Assembly: GCA_964522405.1 (NCBI GenBank)
Contig: CAZFTR010000001.1
Span: 4,602-68,601, forward strand
Reading direction: 5' to 3'
DNA: 64,000 nt
DNA from: an uncultured Gammaproteobacteria bacterium
Lineage (GTDB): Bacteria; Patescibacteriota; Patescibacteriia; Magasanikbacterales; UBA922
The position numbers were made by a program, and so were the translations under genes. This document shows, piece by piece, positions 50,662 through 60,510 of this stretch. Within the stretch, counting starts at the first letter, position 1, and the number at the start of each line of letters is the position of its first letter. Below the pieces are notes generated by a model that was not told the origin of the DNA, searched no databases, and saw only the letters and a program-made list of their open reading frames with translations.

Positions 50662-52959
50662 TTAATTTGAAGATTCCGGAGTTTGATCAGGATTGTTTGC
50701 TGAGTTAAAAGCACTGTCTACGTCTTCTGGCTTTCCTGTAGAAAGTGGCTTGTCACCCACAGCTCCGAGAAGAGTTTTTCTTCTTAGTGCTTCTTTTCTT
50801 TTTGCAGCTGTGGTAAGCGGTTTGGCAGTTCTAGGATCAAAGCGTTTGCCAACCACGACTCTACCTTCTGGTCTCTTTGGGCTGGCTTTTACGCCAGGCA
50901 CTTCCAAATAACGAGCATCTTGCACAATGGCTGCTCTATCTGCGTCTGTAAGTTCTTTTATCTTTGGTCTTCCTTGAGTGTCTGTAGTCTCTCTTTTTCG
51001 ACTTGCAGGTCTTTTTGCTTTGGCTGGCTTTGATTGTGGTGGTTTTCTTGAGGCTGTATCTTCTTCTTCATAATCTTCATATAAATCAGCGTCAGCAGTG
51101 CCTGTATTAACTCTAGGCACTTTCAAATAGGGAGCATCTTGTACAATGGCTGCTCTATCTGCGTCTGTAAGTTCTTGTACTTCTCCAATTTCCGGAGGTA
51201 GTTCAGGTGGTCCTTCTTTTGGTTCAAATGTTTTTCTTTTTCTTGCTCCAAGTCCTGTAGGTCTTTTTGTTTTGGTAGGAGTTTTTGCCACTCTTACTCT
51301 TTTTGGGGCTTTTGCTGGTTCTGGTTTTTCTTCTGGCTCAGCTGTTTCAAGTGGCTCGCCAGTGTCAACTCGACGCTCAGTTTTTCCTGGACTCTCTTTG
51401 CCTCCAGGTACTTCGAGGTAAGGAGCATCTTGAACTAGCCTGGCACGATCTTCGTCTGTAAGCTCCTGTGGTTCAGGTTCAAAAGATACTTCTCCTGTCT
51501 TAGGTTGCGATTGATCTTTTTGTGTGGTAGGTTCTGCTTCAGCTTTTGTTGGAGCTTCAGTATCTGCAGGTGTCATAGGGCTAGTTACTTGAGCTTCTAA
51601 TGGTTCTTTTGGTTCTGGTGGAGGACCATCCGTAGATTCTTCCGTTGGGATTGGAAGCTCTTCTGGTTTTTCATCCGGTTTAATTATTTTAAGAATACGT
51701 TCTGTCTCTGCTTCTGCTTCTGCTCCATAGTCTGGAGCTAATGCTACTTTTCCTTCTGTTGGTGGTTGCATTGCAGCTCTTGCTTTGGCATCTGCTAATC
51801 CATCTACTGCTGAATCTGTTTTTAAAATTGCACCCATTCCCAGGCCTGCTGCAATTGCTGCTGCCCAGCGCATAAATTTTCCTTGTTCTTTAATTCCGCC
51901 TCCACCTCCGCCACCTTTTTTTCTTTGTGGCATAGGGATTACATCTGCGGCTTGGTCTGTTTGGGGTGTTTCTGGTTCTGGCTCAGTTGTGGTTTGTTCA
52001 GATTCTCTGGTAGCAAAAGCTTCAGTAAGTTGACTTACGAGGTTTGCGAAATCTTGATTGTTTGCAAGAAGTTTGTTATAAAGTCTTCCAGATCCAAATC
52101 TAGGTTCTCCATTTGGCTTCAGTTTTACGGTTTTTTGTTTTCCGTTTAATTCAAAAGCAACTGAATTTATTTGATCTATGATTTGTTCCGGGGTTAGTGG
52201 GGGAGTTTCGATTTCCTCTATGCTCTGTTCAAGTGCTTCAGCTCTGGCGTGAAGTGCCGCTGCATCTGCCTTTATTTCTTCTGGAGTGACATCTGCTGAT
52301 CCAGCTTCTAATGCTTGTATTTTTGCTTCTAGGGCAGCAGTTTGAGCTTCAATTGAATCATCAACTTGCGGGGTTTCTACACCCTCCACCACAGTTGCAA
52401 TTTTTGAAGTAGGCATTGTTCTTTCTTCTGGTACAATCTCTGCGAATGGAATTTCTTCTTCCTCATCCGGTACAATCTCTGCCAATGGGATTTCCTCCTC
52501 AATTTCTTCAGCCTTCGGGGCTTCTAGAACTTCAGCTCCGGTGATTCCTCCTTTGGCAACAGCTTTATCAGCTTCTTCTTGTGAAAGAATATCTGCATCT
52601 GTTATTTCTGTGACAGATTCTTTAAGTCTTTCCAGTTTTTCTACAGGCTGTATAGGTTTTCTCTCTGAGGGGCCTTCAAGCGCAGTTAGAAGTGTGTCAA
52701 TTCTAGTTTGCGCAGCCATAACTTTTTCTGCTATATCGGGATCCATCATTTCCATAGGTTCTGTTGGTACAAGCGCCTCATCTTCTGGATCTAAGCTCTT
52801 TTCTAACTTGATAGCGCCATCTTTAAAAAGCTCAACTCCTGTTTCTTTTTTTGTTTGTTCAATAATGCCTTTTATCGCTTGTTTTACCTCTGTGCTGGTT
52901 ATTTCACCTAATTTTATTTTTTGATTGACTTCTTCACCACTAGTTTCTCCTGATTGCAT
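50662..52959 (-). CDS. Low-complexity acidic/Pro-rich protein with central hydrophobic segment and three about 20-aa repeats
   Basis: ELTD(A/E)DRA.(I/L)VQDA.YL.VP x3. Confidence 0.8.
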   Translation of the reverse strand: MQSGETSGEEVNQKIKLGEITSTEVKQAIKGIIEQTKKETGVELFKDGAIKLEKSLDPEDEALVPTEPMEMMDPDIAEKVMAAQTRIDTLLTALEGPSERKPIQPVEKLERLKESVTEITDADILSQEEADKAVAKGGITGAEVLEAPKAEEIEEEIPLAEIVPDEEEEIPFAEIVPEERTMPTSKIATVVEGVETPQVDDSIEAQTAALEAKIQALEAGSADVTPEEIKADAAALHARAEALEQSIEEIETPPLTPEQIIDQINSVAFELNGKQKTVKLKPNGEPRFGSGRLYNKLLANNQDFANLVSQLTEAFATRESEQTTTEPEPETPQTDQAADVIPMPQRKKGGGGGGGIKEQGKFMRWAAAIAAGLGMGAILKTDSAVDGLADAKARAAMQPPTEGKVALAPDYGAEAEAETERILKIIKPDEKPEELPIPTEESTDGPPPEPKEPLEAQVTSPMTPADTEAPTKAEAEPTTQKDQSQPKTGEVSFEPEPQELTDEDRARLVQDAPYLEVPGGKESPGKTERRVDTGEPLETAEPEEKPEPAKAPKRVRVAKTPTKTKRPTGLGARKRKTFEPKEGPPELPPEIGEVQELTDADRAAIVQDAPYLKVPRVNTGTADADLYEDYEEEDTASRKPPQSKPAKAKRPASRKRETTDTQGRPKIKELTDADRAAIVQDARYLEVPGVKASPKRPEGRVVVGKRFDPRTAKPLTTAAKRKEALRRKTLLGAVGDKPLSTGKPEDVDSAFNSANNPDQTPESSN

Positions 52960-52962
52960 TTT

Positions 52963-53613
52963 TCAAATTTCAGCATTTAACAGATGATCTTTTCTCATTT
53001 GGGCCTGAGCTTCTCTTTGTCGATCTAATTCTTCTCTTTTAGTAGTTTCCTCAGCAGTATCTTCTGCAGCTCTACTATCTTTTCGTTCTTGAAGGGTTGC
53101 TCTAACCCTATCCAGCTCCTCTGCTGATTCTTCTTCAGTCATTTTCACGAAATCTGCAATTCTAGCTTCAGTATCTCTTGAGCCTTGCTCTAACTCTGCT
53201 CGAAATTTGGCCTCTCTTAGTCTTTCATCACTAATTCCTTTTTCCCCTTCAAGAAGCTTTTCTAGATCTTGTTCTCTCCTATCTGCTTCTGAAGCTGTTT
53301 TTGGTTGTCTTTTTCTCATTTCTTCAAAGGCCTTTTCATCAGCCACTTTGTCTTCTTCTGGGCTTGTCATGTCAAAGTCTGCAACAAATTTTTGATGTGC
53401 AGCTTCATCTTTTTCCTTTTGTTTTTTTTCTGCAGCTGTCAGAGATTTTCCCGGGTCCTCGCTTGTGGTAGGCTCTTTGGCATCTGGTACCAATTTAAGG
53501 CCGACTTTTCGAGCTTCTTCTGGCGTGACGCTTTCCGCCATTACTTGCGGCAATTGATCAAAAAAAGGAGTTCTCGATTGTTCCATTTTTTTAGCAGAAT
53601 TTCGTTCTGGCAT
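52963..53613 (-). CDS. Charged helical hypothetical protein
   Basis: Likely start MPERNSAKK; same frame as the downstream ORF. Confidence 0.75.
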   Translation of the reverse strand: MPERNSAKKMEQSRTPFFDQLPQVMAESVTPEEARKVGLKLVPDAKEPTTSEDPGKSLTAAEKKQKEKDEAAHQKFVADFDMTSPEEDKVADEKAFEEMRKRQPKTASEADRREQDLEKLLEGEKGISDERLREAKFRAELEQGSRDTEARIADFVKMTEEESAEELDRVRATLQERKDSRAAEDTAEETTKREELDRQREAQAQMRKDHLLNAEI

Positions 53614-53829
53614 ATAATTGAAGTTAATATTACTTAGTATTTTAGCATAAAAAACCCATTTTGTCAAGTTTTTTGGCTAATTTTAGCAAAATTTATGCAG
53701 TTTTAGTCTTTTTTTGGCCTTGATTTTTAATTTATTTTCGTTTATAATAAGCTCCCAATAGCCTGAAAACTGTAATTTATCTATTCATTATCACCCAAAA
53801 GCAGTTTTTTGTCTAAGAAATTTGTATTT

Positions 53830-55185
53830 ATGAGCATCAACTCAGAGAAAAAGCAGTATTTTTACCATATTTTGACATTTGGTTGTCAGATGAATAAAAG
53901 TGATTCTGAGAGAATGGAGTCATTATTACAAAATATGGGCATGAAAAGCACTGAAAATCAGGAAGATGCTGATTTTATTGTTATGAATAGTTGTTCTGTG
54001 CGCCAAAAGGCAGAAGATAGGATTGTTGGCTTTAGTCAGAAATTTATTAAATTAAAGAAAAAAAATCCAAAATTGATTGTTGCGGTTACTGGTTGTATGC
54101 CCGGGAGAGACAAGGGAAGTAAAATGAAATCACGGCTTAAGGGCGTTGATCTGTATTTCCCTACCAAAGACATGATTTTTCTTCCAAAATGGCTCTCTGA
54201 GCTTAATCCTGATTTGCGTGAACTGGATAATATTGAAAAAGATTATTTGAATCTCAGACCAACTTATCAGAGCGGTTTCCAAGCTTTTGTAACTCTTCAA
54301 ACCGGTTGTAATCATTTTTGTACTTATTGTGTGGTTCCTTTTGCTCGTGGGCTTGAGCAAAATCGATCTCTGAAAGATATTCTTGAAGAGGTAAAAGATC
54401 TTGCTAAAAACGGATATCTTGAAATTACATTACTTGGTCAAATTGTAAATCATTATATTGCTGAAGATCCTGAGTATTTTTCTACTCAAAATCCATACAA
54501 AGAAAATGATTTTGCTAAATTGCTTTGGGAAATAAATCAGATTAAAGGAATTGAAAGAATTCATTGGACAGCCCCTCATCCGATTTTCATGGATGATGAA
54601 GTAATTGATGCTTTGGCTCTACCAAAACAAGTTAATTTTATACATCTTCCGGTTCAATCAGGTAATGATGAGATGCTCAAGAAGATGAACCGCAGGCATG
54701 ATCGAGAATTTTATATTGATATTATCAAAAAAATTAGAGCCAAAAAGCCGGATATTGCCATTGGAACTGATATTATCGTAGGTTTTTGCGGGGAGACAGA
54801 CAGAATGTTTAATGATACAGTAGAGTTGTACAAGGAATGTGATTTTGATATTTCTTATAACGCTCAATATTCAACCAGAAGTGGGACTGTTGCTGATAAA
54901 GTTTTTGATGATGATGTGACTCACGCAGAAAAAAAACGCCGATGGTGGGTTTTACAAGAGCTAATGGAAGAAATTGTTTTAAAAAAGAATCAAGCATATA
55001 AAGGAAAAGAAGTTAAAGTCCTAGTAGAGGAATGTAGAGATGGATGGTGTAGAGGAAATTCAAATGAAATGAAAAGAGTACATTTTCAGGGTGACCAGTC
55101 AATGGTAGGAAAAATTATTGTGGTAAAAATAGAAAGATGCGACGAGTGGGTTCTCTGGGGAAAATATCAAAAAACATATGTTTAA
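53830..55185 (+). CDS. miaB: tRNA methylthiotransferase MiaB
   Basis: TFGCQMN, CNHFCTYC radical SAM motif, TRAM domain; adjacent to miaA. Confidence 0.92.
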   Translation: MSINSEKKQYFYHILTFGCQMNKSDSERMESLLQNMGMKSTENQEDADFIVMNSCSVRQKAEDRIVGFSQKFIKLKKKNPKLIVAVTGCMPGRDKGSKMKSRLKGVDLYFPTKDMIFLPKWLSELNPDLRELDNIEKDYLNLRPTYQSGFQAFVTLQTGCNHFCTYCVVPFARGLEQNRSLKDILEEVKDLAKNGYLEITLLGQIVNHYIAEDPEYFSTQNPYKENDFAKLLWEINQIKGIERIHWTAPHPIFMDDEVIDALALPKQVNFIHLPVQSGNDEMLKKMNRRHDREFYIDIIKKIRAKKPDIAIGTDIIVGFCGETDRMFNDTVELYKECDFDISYNAQYSTRSGTVADKVFDDDVTHAEKKRRWWVLQELMEEIVLKKNQAYKGKEVKVLVEECRDGWCRGNSNEMKRVHFQGDQSMVGKIIVVKIERCDEWVLWGKYQKTYV

Positions 55186-56122
55186 AAGTGAAGAGACAAA
55201 ACTTCCTAAATTAATTGTTTTGCTTGGACCAACGGCTAGTGGTAAGACTGGTTGGAGTTTGCGTCTTGCCAAAAAAATAAATGGAGAAATTATTTCTGCA
55301 GATTCAAGACAAATCTATAAGAAAATGGATATTGGTACTGCCAAAGCAGGTGGTGAATGGAAGAGAAATGGTTTGCGCAGGACTTATTTTGTAGAGGATA
55401 TTCCTCATCATTTAATAGATTTCCTAAATCCCGGGAAAACTTTTTCTGTGGCAGAATTTCGAGACAAGGCAATTAAATATGCAAAATTATCATATAAAAA
55501 TAAGCGTGTTCCCATGCTGGTTGGTGGTACTGGATTATACATAAGTTCTGTTGTAGATAATTTTAATATTCCCAGAGTTACGGCAAATAAAAAACTTAGA
55601 AAAAGTTTAGAAGAAAAAACAAATCAAGAATTAATGGAATTGCTTCAGCGTCTTGATCATGAACATGCCAACAATATTGATCCAAAAAATACTCGTAGGC
55701 TTATCCGCGCTCTTGAAGTTTGTATACTGACAGGCGAACCATTTTCTGCACAAAAACAAAAAGGCGAACCTCTATTTGATATTTTACAGATTGCTCCGGA
55801 TATTCCAAGAGAAATTTTACATGAAAGAATTAATACTCGTGTTGATGAGATGGTTGAAGAAGGTTTGATTGATGAATTAAAAAATCTTCTTAAGCAAAAA
55901 TATGGTTGGAATCTGCCTAGCATGCAGGGGATTGGTTATAGACAATTTAAATCGTATCTTGATGGTCGCGAGTCTCTTGAAGATGCCATTGAAATTTTAA
56001 AAAGAGATACCAGAAGATTTGCCAGAAGACAAATGACTTGGTTTAGAAGAGATAAGAGAATAAAATGGTGTAAAACTTATGAAGATGCTGAAAAACAGGT
56101 TTTAGATTTTCTTGATTCTTGA
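55178..56122 (+). CDS. miaA: tRNA dimethylallyltransferase
   Basis: GPTASGKT, DSRQIYKKMDIGTAK, VGGTGLY, ARRQMTWF. Confidence 0.97.
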   Translation: MFKSEETKLPKLIVLLGPTASGKTGWSLRLAKKINGEIISADSRQIYKKMDIGTAKAGGEWKRNGLRRTYFVEDIPHHLIDFLNPGKTFSVAEFRDKAIKYAKLSYKNKRVPMLVGGTGLYISSVVDNFNIPRVTANKKLRKSLEEKTNQELMELLQRLDHEHANNIDPKNTRRLIRALEVCILTGEPFSAQKQKGEPLFDILQIAPDIPREILHERINTRVDEMVEEGLIDELKNLLKQKYGWNLPSMQGIGYRQFKSYLDGRESLEDAIEILKRDTRRFARRQMTWFRRDKRIKWCKTYEDAEKQVLDFLDS

Positions 56123-56169
56123 AGAAAGAGGATTATTAGAATATAATAAGATTATATTGATTAAATTTT

Positions 56170-56841
56170 ATGCCTCAAAATCTCCCTCCAATATTACCAG
56201 GATCCAGTTCTTCATCAAAACCAGCATCAGGTATAAGTAGAGCCCAGGATCTGTCAGTTACCAAGCTTCAACAGAAAAAAGATCGAGAATCTGCTGTAGT
56301 TTCTACTAGTCAAGCTATACGTCGTACTCAGACAGGTCGGCCAATAACATCTGTGAGTCGTATAGGTCGGGAAGAAGCTAAGACTTCTATATCACGACCT
56401 GATAGAGAAGTGAGATCTATTTATGATTCAGCTGAGCAGCAAATAGGTGATGATTACAGAAGGCACGGCCATATCAGGAGGTTGATCAAGGAGAGACAGC
56501 AAGCAGCAGTTGAAGAGAAAAAGCGCGTTGAGGAAGAGTCAAAAGGATTTTTTATTGGTACTGGAAAGAGATATAGAAAAACTGGTCCAAGCACTCTTAA
56601 GAAAAAATTAAGAAGAATGGTAAGAAAAGATCCAGCACAATATCGAAATATTTCTTTGAAAGACAGAGAGAAATTTGAAGATATTGTGGATACTAGCTTA
56701 AAACATAAACGCACAGGTACTAGAATAAACAGAAAAGACCGAATCAAGATGAGAAGAAAAGCATTTAAATCATGGAAAGGTGGGGAGATTAGCAAGCAAG
56801 ATTACAAAGATTTCAAAAAACTTATCTATCGTTTGGAGTAG
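56170..56841 (+). CDS. Basic hypothetical protein
   Basis: 223 aa Arg/Lys-rich ORF. Confidence 0.7.
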   Translation: MPQNLPPILPGSSSSSKPASGISRAQDLSVTKLQQKKDRESAVVSTSQAIRRTQTGRPITSVSRIGREEAKTSISRPDREVRSIYDSAEQQIGDDYRRHGHIRRLIKERQQAAVEEKKRVEEESKGFFIGTGKRYRKTGPSTLKKKLRRMVRKDPAQYRNISLKDREKFEDIVDTSLKHKRTGTRINRKDRIKMRRKAFKSWKGGEISKQDYKDFKKLIYRLE

Positions 56842-56860
56842 TAAATCAACAGGTGTACTG

Positions 56861-56945
56861 CGGATTTACGGATAATTGAAACGGATCATTGGCGCGTTGA
56901 TGAAACTGGCTTGGGGTATTCGGATAGATTATTTTATCCGAATGC
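56861..56945. repeat. Dispersed intergenic repeat with CGGAT units, copy 2
   Basis: Shares a 20-mer and CGGATTTACGGAT with 30601-30670. Confidence 0.8.
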
Positions 56946-56967
56946 TATCTGTAAAACCGGATACATA

Positions 56968-58530
56968 TTAATTTTTATTTTTCAATTCTTCTTTTAAAAG
57001 TTTTTCTACAACTTTTGGATCGGCGCTTCCTTCTGTTGCTTTCATAACCATACCAATTAGGAATTTTAATACTGTATCTTTTCCAGAGCGAAATTGTTCC
57101 ACCTGTTGCGGATAACTTTTTACTGTATCTTTTATTATTTCTGTAATTTTTCCTTCGTCAGATATTTGGCCATATCCTTTTTCTTCCATAATATGGGTTG
57201 GATCCTTGTCAGTGTTTGCCTCAATCATTTCTAAAAGTATTTTTTGAGCATTTGTGGAGTTTACTCTACCTGCATATACCAATGCTATTAACTCTGCAAA
57301 ATTTTCAGGAGAAATTTTTATTTCAGAGATAGAGATTTTCTTTTCCTTTGTTAGACCCATCAGTTTGCTGGTCAGCCAACCGCCGGTTAATTTTGCTAAA
57401 GTATTTCGTTTGTTTTCTTTGATCTCATCAGTTTCACCTTTGATCTCCGGAAGACTGTGAAGCCAATCAACCAGTTCGCTCATAACGTTTTCAGCAAAAT
57501 TAGCCCAGTATCTGTCATCTGTCAAAATTTTTGAATCAGCATAAGAAAAACCATATTCCTGGTTAAATCTATTTCTTTTTGACTGAGGAAGTTCTGGAAG
57601 TGAAATATCACCAGCAATTTTCATCGGATGAAAAGGTGGTATGTCTGGTTCTGGAAAATAACGGTAGTCTTGGGCATTTTCTTTGGTTCTTTGTAATACA
57701 GTTTCTTGCTTGTTTTCATCCCAGCCTCGAGTTTGTTGCACCCAGCTTTCTCCTGCTTCAATCATCTCAGTTTGTCTTTTGATTTCAAATTCAATTGCTT
57801 TTTCAACTGCTTTGAATGAATTGATATTCTTTAGTTCAACTTTTTCGTTTAATTGGTAGTTTCCAAGTGGCTTTACAATTCCGTCCACTATTTCAAATTT
57901 TCCTGATTCTTGCATGGATATATTTGCTTCGCATCGCATATGCCCTTTTTCCATGTTTGCGTCACTTACTTCCAGATATCTCATGATCAGTTGTAATTCT
58001 TGGCAATATTTTTTGGCTTCTGCAGCTGTTTTAAAATCCGGATCAGTAACAATTTCAACCAGTGGCACGCCAGCTCTGTTAAAATCCACATAAGTCTCTC
58101 CTTTTGCGCCATGTAGCAGTTTGGCAGTGTCTTCTTCTAGGTGAACTCTGGTTATGCCGATTTTGGCTTGGTCTCGAACATTGTCTTCTGTTGGAAAATT
58201 GAGAGTAATTGATCCATGTTCTGCAATTGGTTCATCATATTGTGAAATTTGATATCCTTTGGGAAGATCAGGATAGAAATAATGTTTTCGATCAAATTTT
58301 GAGAGTTCCCTTATACTGCATCCTAGAGCTTTTCCAATCAAAACAGTCCAGACAATTGCTTGTCGGTTTGGAACCGGTAATGTACCAGGATGGGCAAGTG
58401 AAATTTCTGAAATATGAGTATTTGGTTGATTGCTATCAGGGTCATTTTTTTCAGAAGAGAACATCTTACTCTTGGTTTTGAGCTCGACATGGACTTCCAT
58501 TCCAATAATTGCTGTATATTGTTTTGACAT
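56968..58530 (-). CDS. gatB: Asp/Glu-tRNA amidotransferase subunit B
   Basis: IGMEVHVEL, FDRKHYFYPDLPKGYQISQ, DYRYFPEPD. Confidence 0.97.
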   Translation of the reverse strand: MSKQYTAIIGMEVHVELKTKSKMFSSEKNDPDSNQPNTHISEISLAHPGTLPVPNRQAIVWTVLIGKALGCSIRELSKFDRKHYFYPDLPKGYQISQYDEPIAEHGSITLNFPTEDNVRDQAKIGITRVHLEEDTAKLLHGAKGETYVDFNRAGVPLVEIVTDPDFKTAAEAKKYCQELQLIMRYLEVSDANMEKGHMRCEANISMQESGKFEIVDGIVKPLGNYQLNEKVELKNINSFKAVEKAIEFEIKRQTEMIEAGESWVQQTRGWDENKQETVLQRTKENAQDYRYFPEPDIPPFHPMKIAGDISLPELPQSKRNRFNQEYGFSYADSKILTDDRYWANFAENVMSELVDWLHSLPEIKGETDEIKENKRNTLAKLTGGWLTSKLMGLTKEKKISISEIKISPENFAELIALVYAGRVNSTNAQKILLEMIEANTDKDPTHIMEEKGYGQISDEGKITEIIKDTVKSYPQQVEQFRSGKDTVLKFLIGMVMKATEGSADPKVVEKLLKEELKNKN

Positions 58531-58576
58531 ATTTTTAGTTTAATATTCACTATATTAGCATGGATTTAGAGATATT

Positions 58577-58603
58577 AAAAGCCCCTATTTAGGGGCTTTT
58601 TTT
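58577..58603 (-). terminator. Intrinsic terminator
   Basis: AAAAGCCCCT-ATTT-AGGGGCTTTT. Confidence 0.75.
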
Positions 58604-58614
58604 GTTGTGGTTTT

Positions 58615-59385
58615 TTATTCTTTTGTAGGCGCTGGCACTTTTTTTAGTTCAAGGAAAAGTATTACTTTGGCAAAAATTGTCAGAGGAGTAAATAGTAATC
58701 CTACAATTATTACTAGAATATTTATAATACTCATGGCAATCACATTTGCGATTGTTCCAAGTGTTACACTTTGTTTTAAAAATACAATTGCGTATTTGAG
58801 TATCTGCTGAGGAATAATGGCAATTACCGCAAAAACAATCCAAGGCAAAGCAAGTCTCCAAAGAACTGCCCACCATCTTTTATTTGTTAGGCTTTTGCTG
58901 AATTTAATAGCTTCAATAGGTTTTTTGATTTCATCAATTGCTATTGCTTCCATGGTAAACACAAACCAAACCCCAATTATTACCCCAGGGATAATAAATA
59001 GAATTGTACCAAGTATGGCAGCTATGGCAACGATTATAGATGCGGCTACAGCAGGCCAGAGCAAAAATCTAGCATCAGTAAGTTCTTCGCTAAGAGGTAA
59101 AAGTTCTTTTCCAGTGTACATTGAGGCCGAAATTCTGGTAATTGCAATTGAAATCCAAAGTTCAATCAAAATTGCAATAACATATAGTATGAAATAACCT
59201 ATGGCAATTATGAGATTGACTGTGGATGTGATTCCCTGTGAAATTATTGGGTCAACAATAGTTCCAATTATGGCCAAAAAACCAAGTGGAATAAATAGAA
59301 GTGTGAGATATTTAAATAATACTTGCCAATTTTTTTTATAAAGAGAAAAGCACTTGATGACAATATCCCATGCTTTGATAAGCAT
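58615..59385 (-). CDS. Multi-pass membrane protein
   Basis: 'LFIIPGVI...W..AI..S..L...WW.VL.R' pattern, several TMs. Confidence 0.8.
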   Translation of the reverse strand: MLIKAWDIVIKCFSLYKKNWQVLFKYLTLLFIPLGFLAIIGTIVDPIISQGITSTVNLIIAIGYFILYVIAILIELWISIAITRISASMYTGKELLPLSEELTDARFLLWPAVAASIIVAIAAILGTILFIIPGVIIGVWFVFTMEAIAIDEIKKPIEAIKFSKSLTNKRWWAVLWRLALPWIVFAVIAIIPQQILKYAIVFLKQSVTLGTIANVIAMSIINILVIIVGLLFTPLTIFAKVILFLELKKVPAPTKE

Positions 59386-59449
59386 ATAAATAGTTTTAAG
59401 AATAACTGTTTTTTATTATATCATTTTTACCTAAAAATGAGAAATATTT

Positions 59450-60034
59450 TTACAGTTTTTTTGATACTACACCCCAGATTTTTTCATGAATTTCTTCTAT
59501 TGATTGATTGGCATCTACTGGTATCCAACCGTATTCTTGGCCTAGTCTGGCGTAGACCGCTCTGACTTTTTCTTGAAGATCGTTGTTAGTTTCGTATATA
59601 TGATCTTTTTCTGTGGCTTCTTTGAATCTATTTCCATCAAAAACAAATGCAATGTCTTCCTTTAGAAGATGAGAATTAATTGTTTTCATGAATTCTTCAT
59701 CAACTCCTGATCCAATTCCCCAGCTCAGGCCCGAACCTGTATAATCTTCTCCTACAATATGTATTCCAGATTCAAGTTTTTGTTTTAGAATTGATTCATA
59801 CTGGGTACGATTGATAACATTCAGAAGTTGAGATTCTCGGTAAGAAAAATCATATGGATTTCCTCCGCGGAGAAAATCATTGACCATTTTCCCGGATGGT
59901 TCTATATCGTAAAGTGGATATTTTAGATATTCAGCTTCAAAACCTTCTTTGTTGAGCCGTTCAACTAGAAGTTTTGCTTGGGTACTTTTTCCTGTGTTGT
60001 TGATTCCGTAGAGGACAATAAATTTTCCATCCAT
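59450..60034 (-). CDS. tmk: Thymidylate kinase (divergent)
   Basis: GKFIVLYGINNTGKSTQ P-loop; directly after thyA-folA. Confidence 0.8.
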   Translation of the reverse strand: MDGKFIVLYGINNTGKSTQAKLLVERLNKEGFEAEYLKYPLYDIEPSGKMVNDFLRGGNPYDFSYRESQLLNVINRTQYESILKQKLESGIHIVGEDYTGSGLSWGIGSGVDEEFMKTINSHLLKEDIAFVFDGNRFKEATEKDHIYETNNDLQEKVRAVYARLGQEYGWIPVDANQSIEEIHEKIWGVVSKKL

Positions 60035-60036
60035 AT

Positions 60037-60507
60037 TTATTTTTTATAAGTTACAAAAGCTAAATTATCTCTTTCATCGCGCTCAGTTTCATGCCAAGTA
60101 TTAAGATCAATCTCTGGGAAAAAAGCATCCCCATTAACTTGCTCATGAACATGGGTGATGTATAGTGTGTCGGCAATATCCATGGTTTGGTTATAGATTT
60201 GCCCTCCGCCAATAACTACTATTTCTTGATTTGGATACTTTGAAATAGCATCATTTATATTTTGGAAAAGATCTACATCTTTTGGAACAGCATATTCGGG
60301 ATTTCTAGTGATTACAATATTTTTGCGATGGGGTAGTGGTCTGAATTTTTCTGGGATTGATTCCCAGGTTTTTCTACCCATGAGGACAATTTTCCCTTTG
60401 GTTTTTTCCTTGAAATGCTTCATGTCTTCTGGTAGATGCCAAGGAAGGTCTCCATCTTTTCCAATACAGTTGTTTTCTGAAATTGCTGCTATGAGTGAGA
60501 TTGGCAT
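60037..60507 (-). CDS. folA: Dihydrofolate reductase
   Basis: LPWHLPEDM, MGRKTWES, RPLP.R, IGGGQIY. Confidence 0.96.
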   Translation of the reverse strand: MPISLIAAISENNCIGKDGDLPWHLPEDMKHFKEKTKGKIVLMGRKTWESIPEKFRPLPHRKNIVITRNPEYAVPKDVDLFQNINDAISKYPNQEIVVIGGGQIYNQTMDIADTLYITHVHEQVNGDAFFPEIDLNTWHETERDERDNLAFVTYKK

Positions 60508-60510
60508 ATT

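Noticed and set aside
52960-52965. UGA recoding (genetic code 25)
   Set aside because: Long conserved genes are uninterrupted under code 11, and several (xer, gyrA, miaA) end at TGA where expected.
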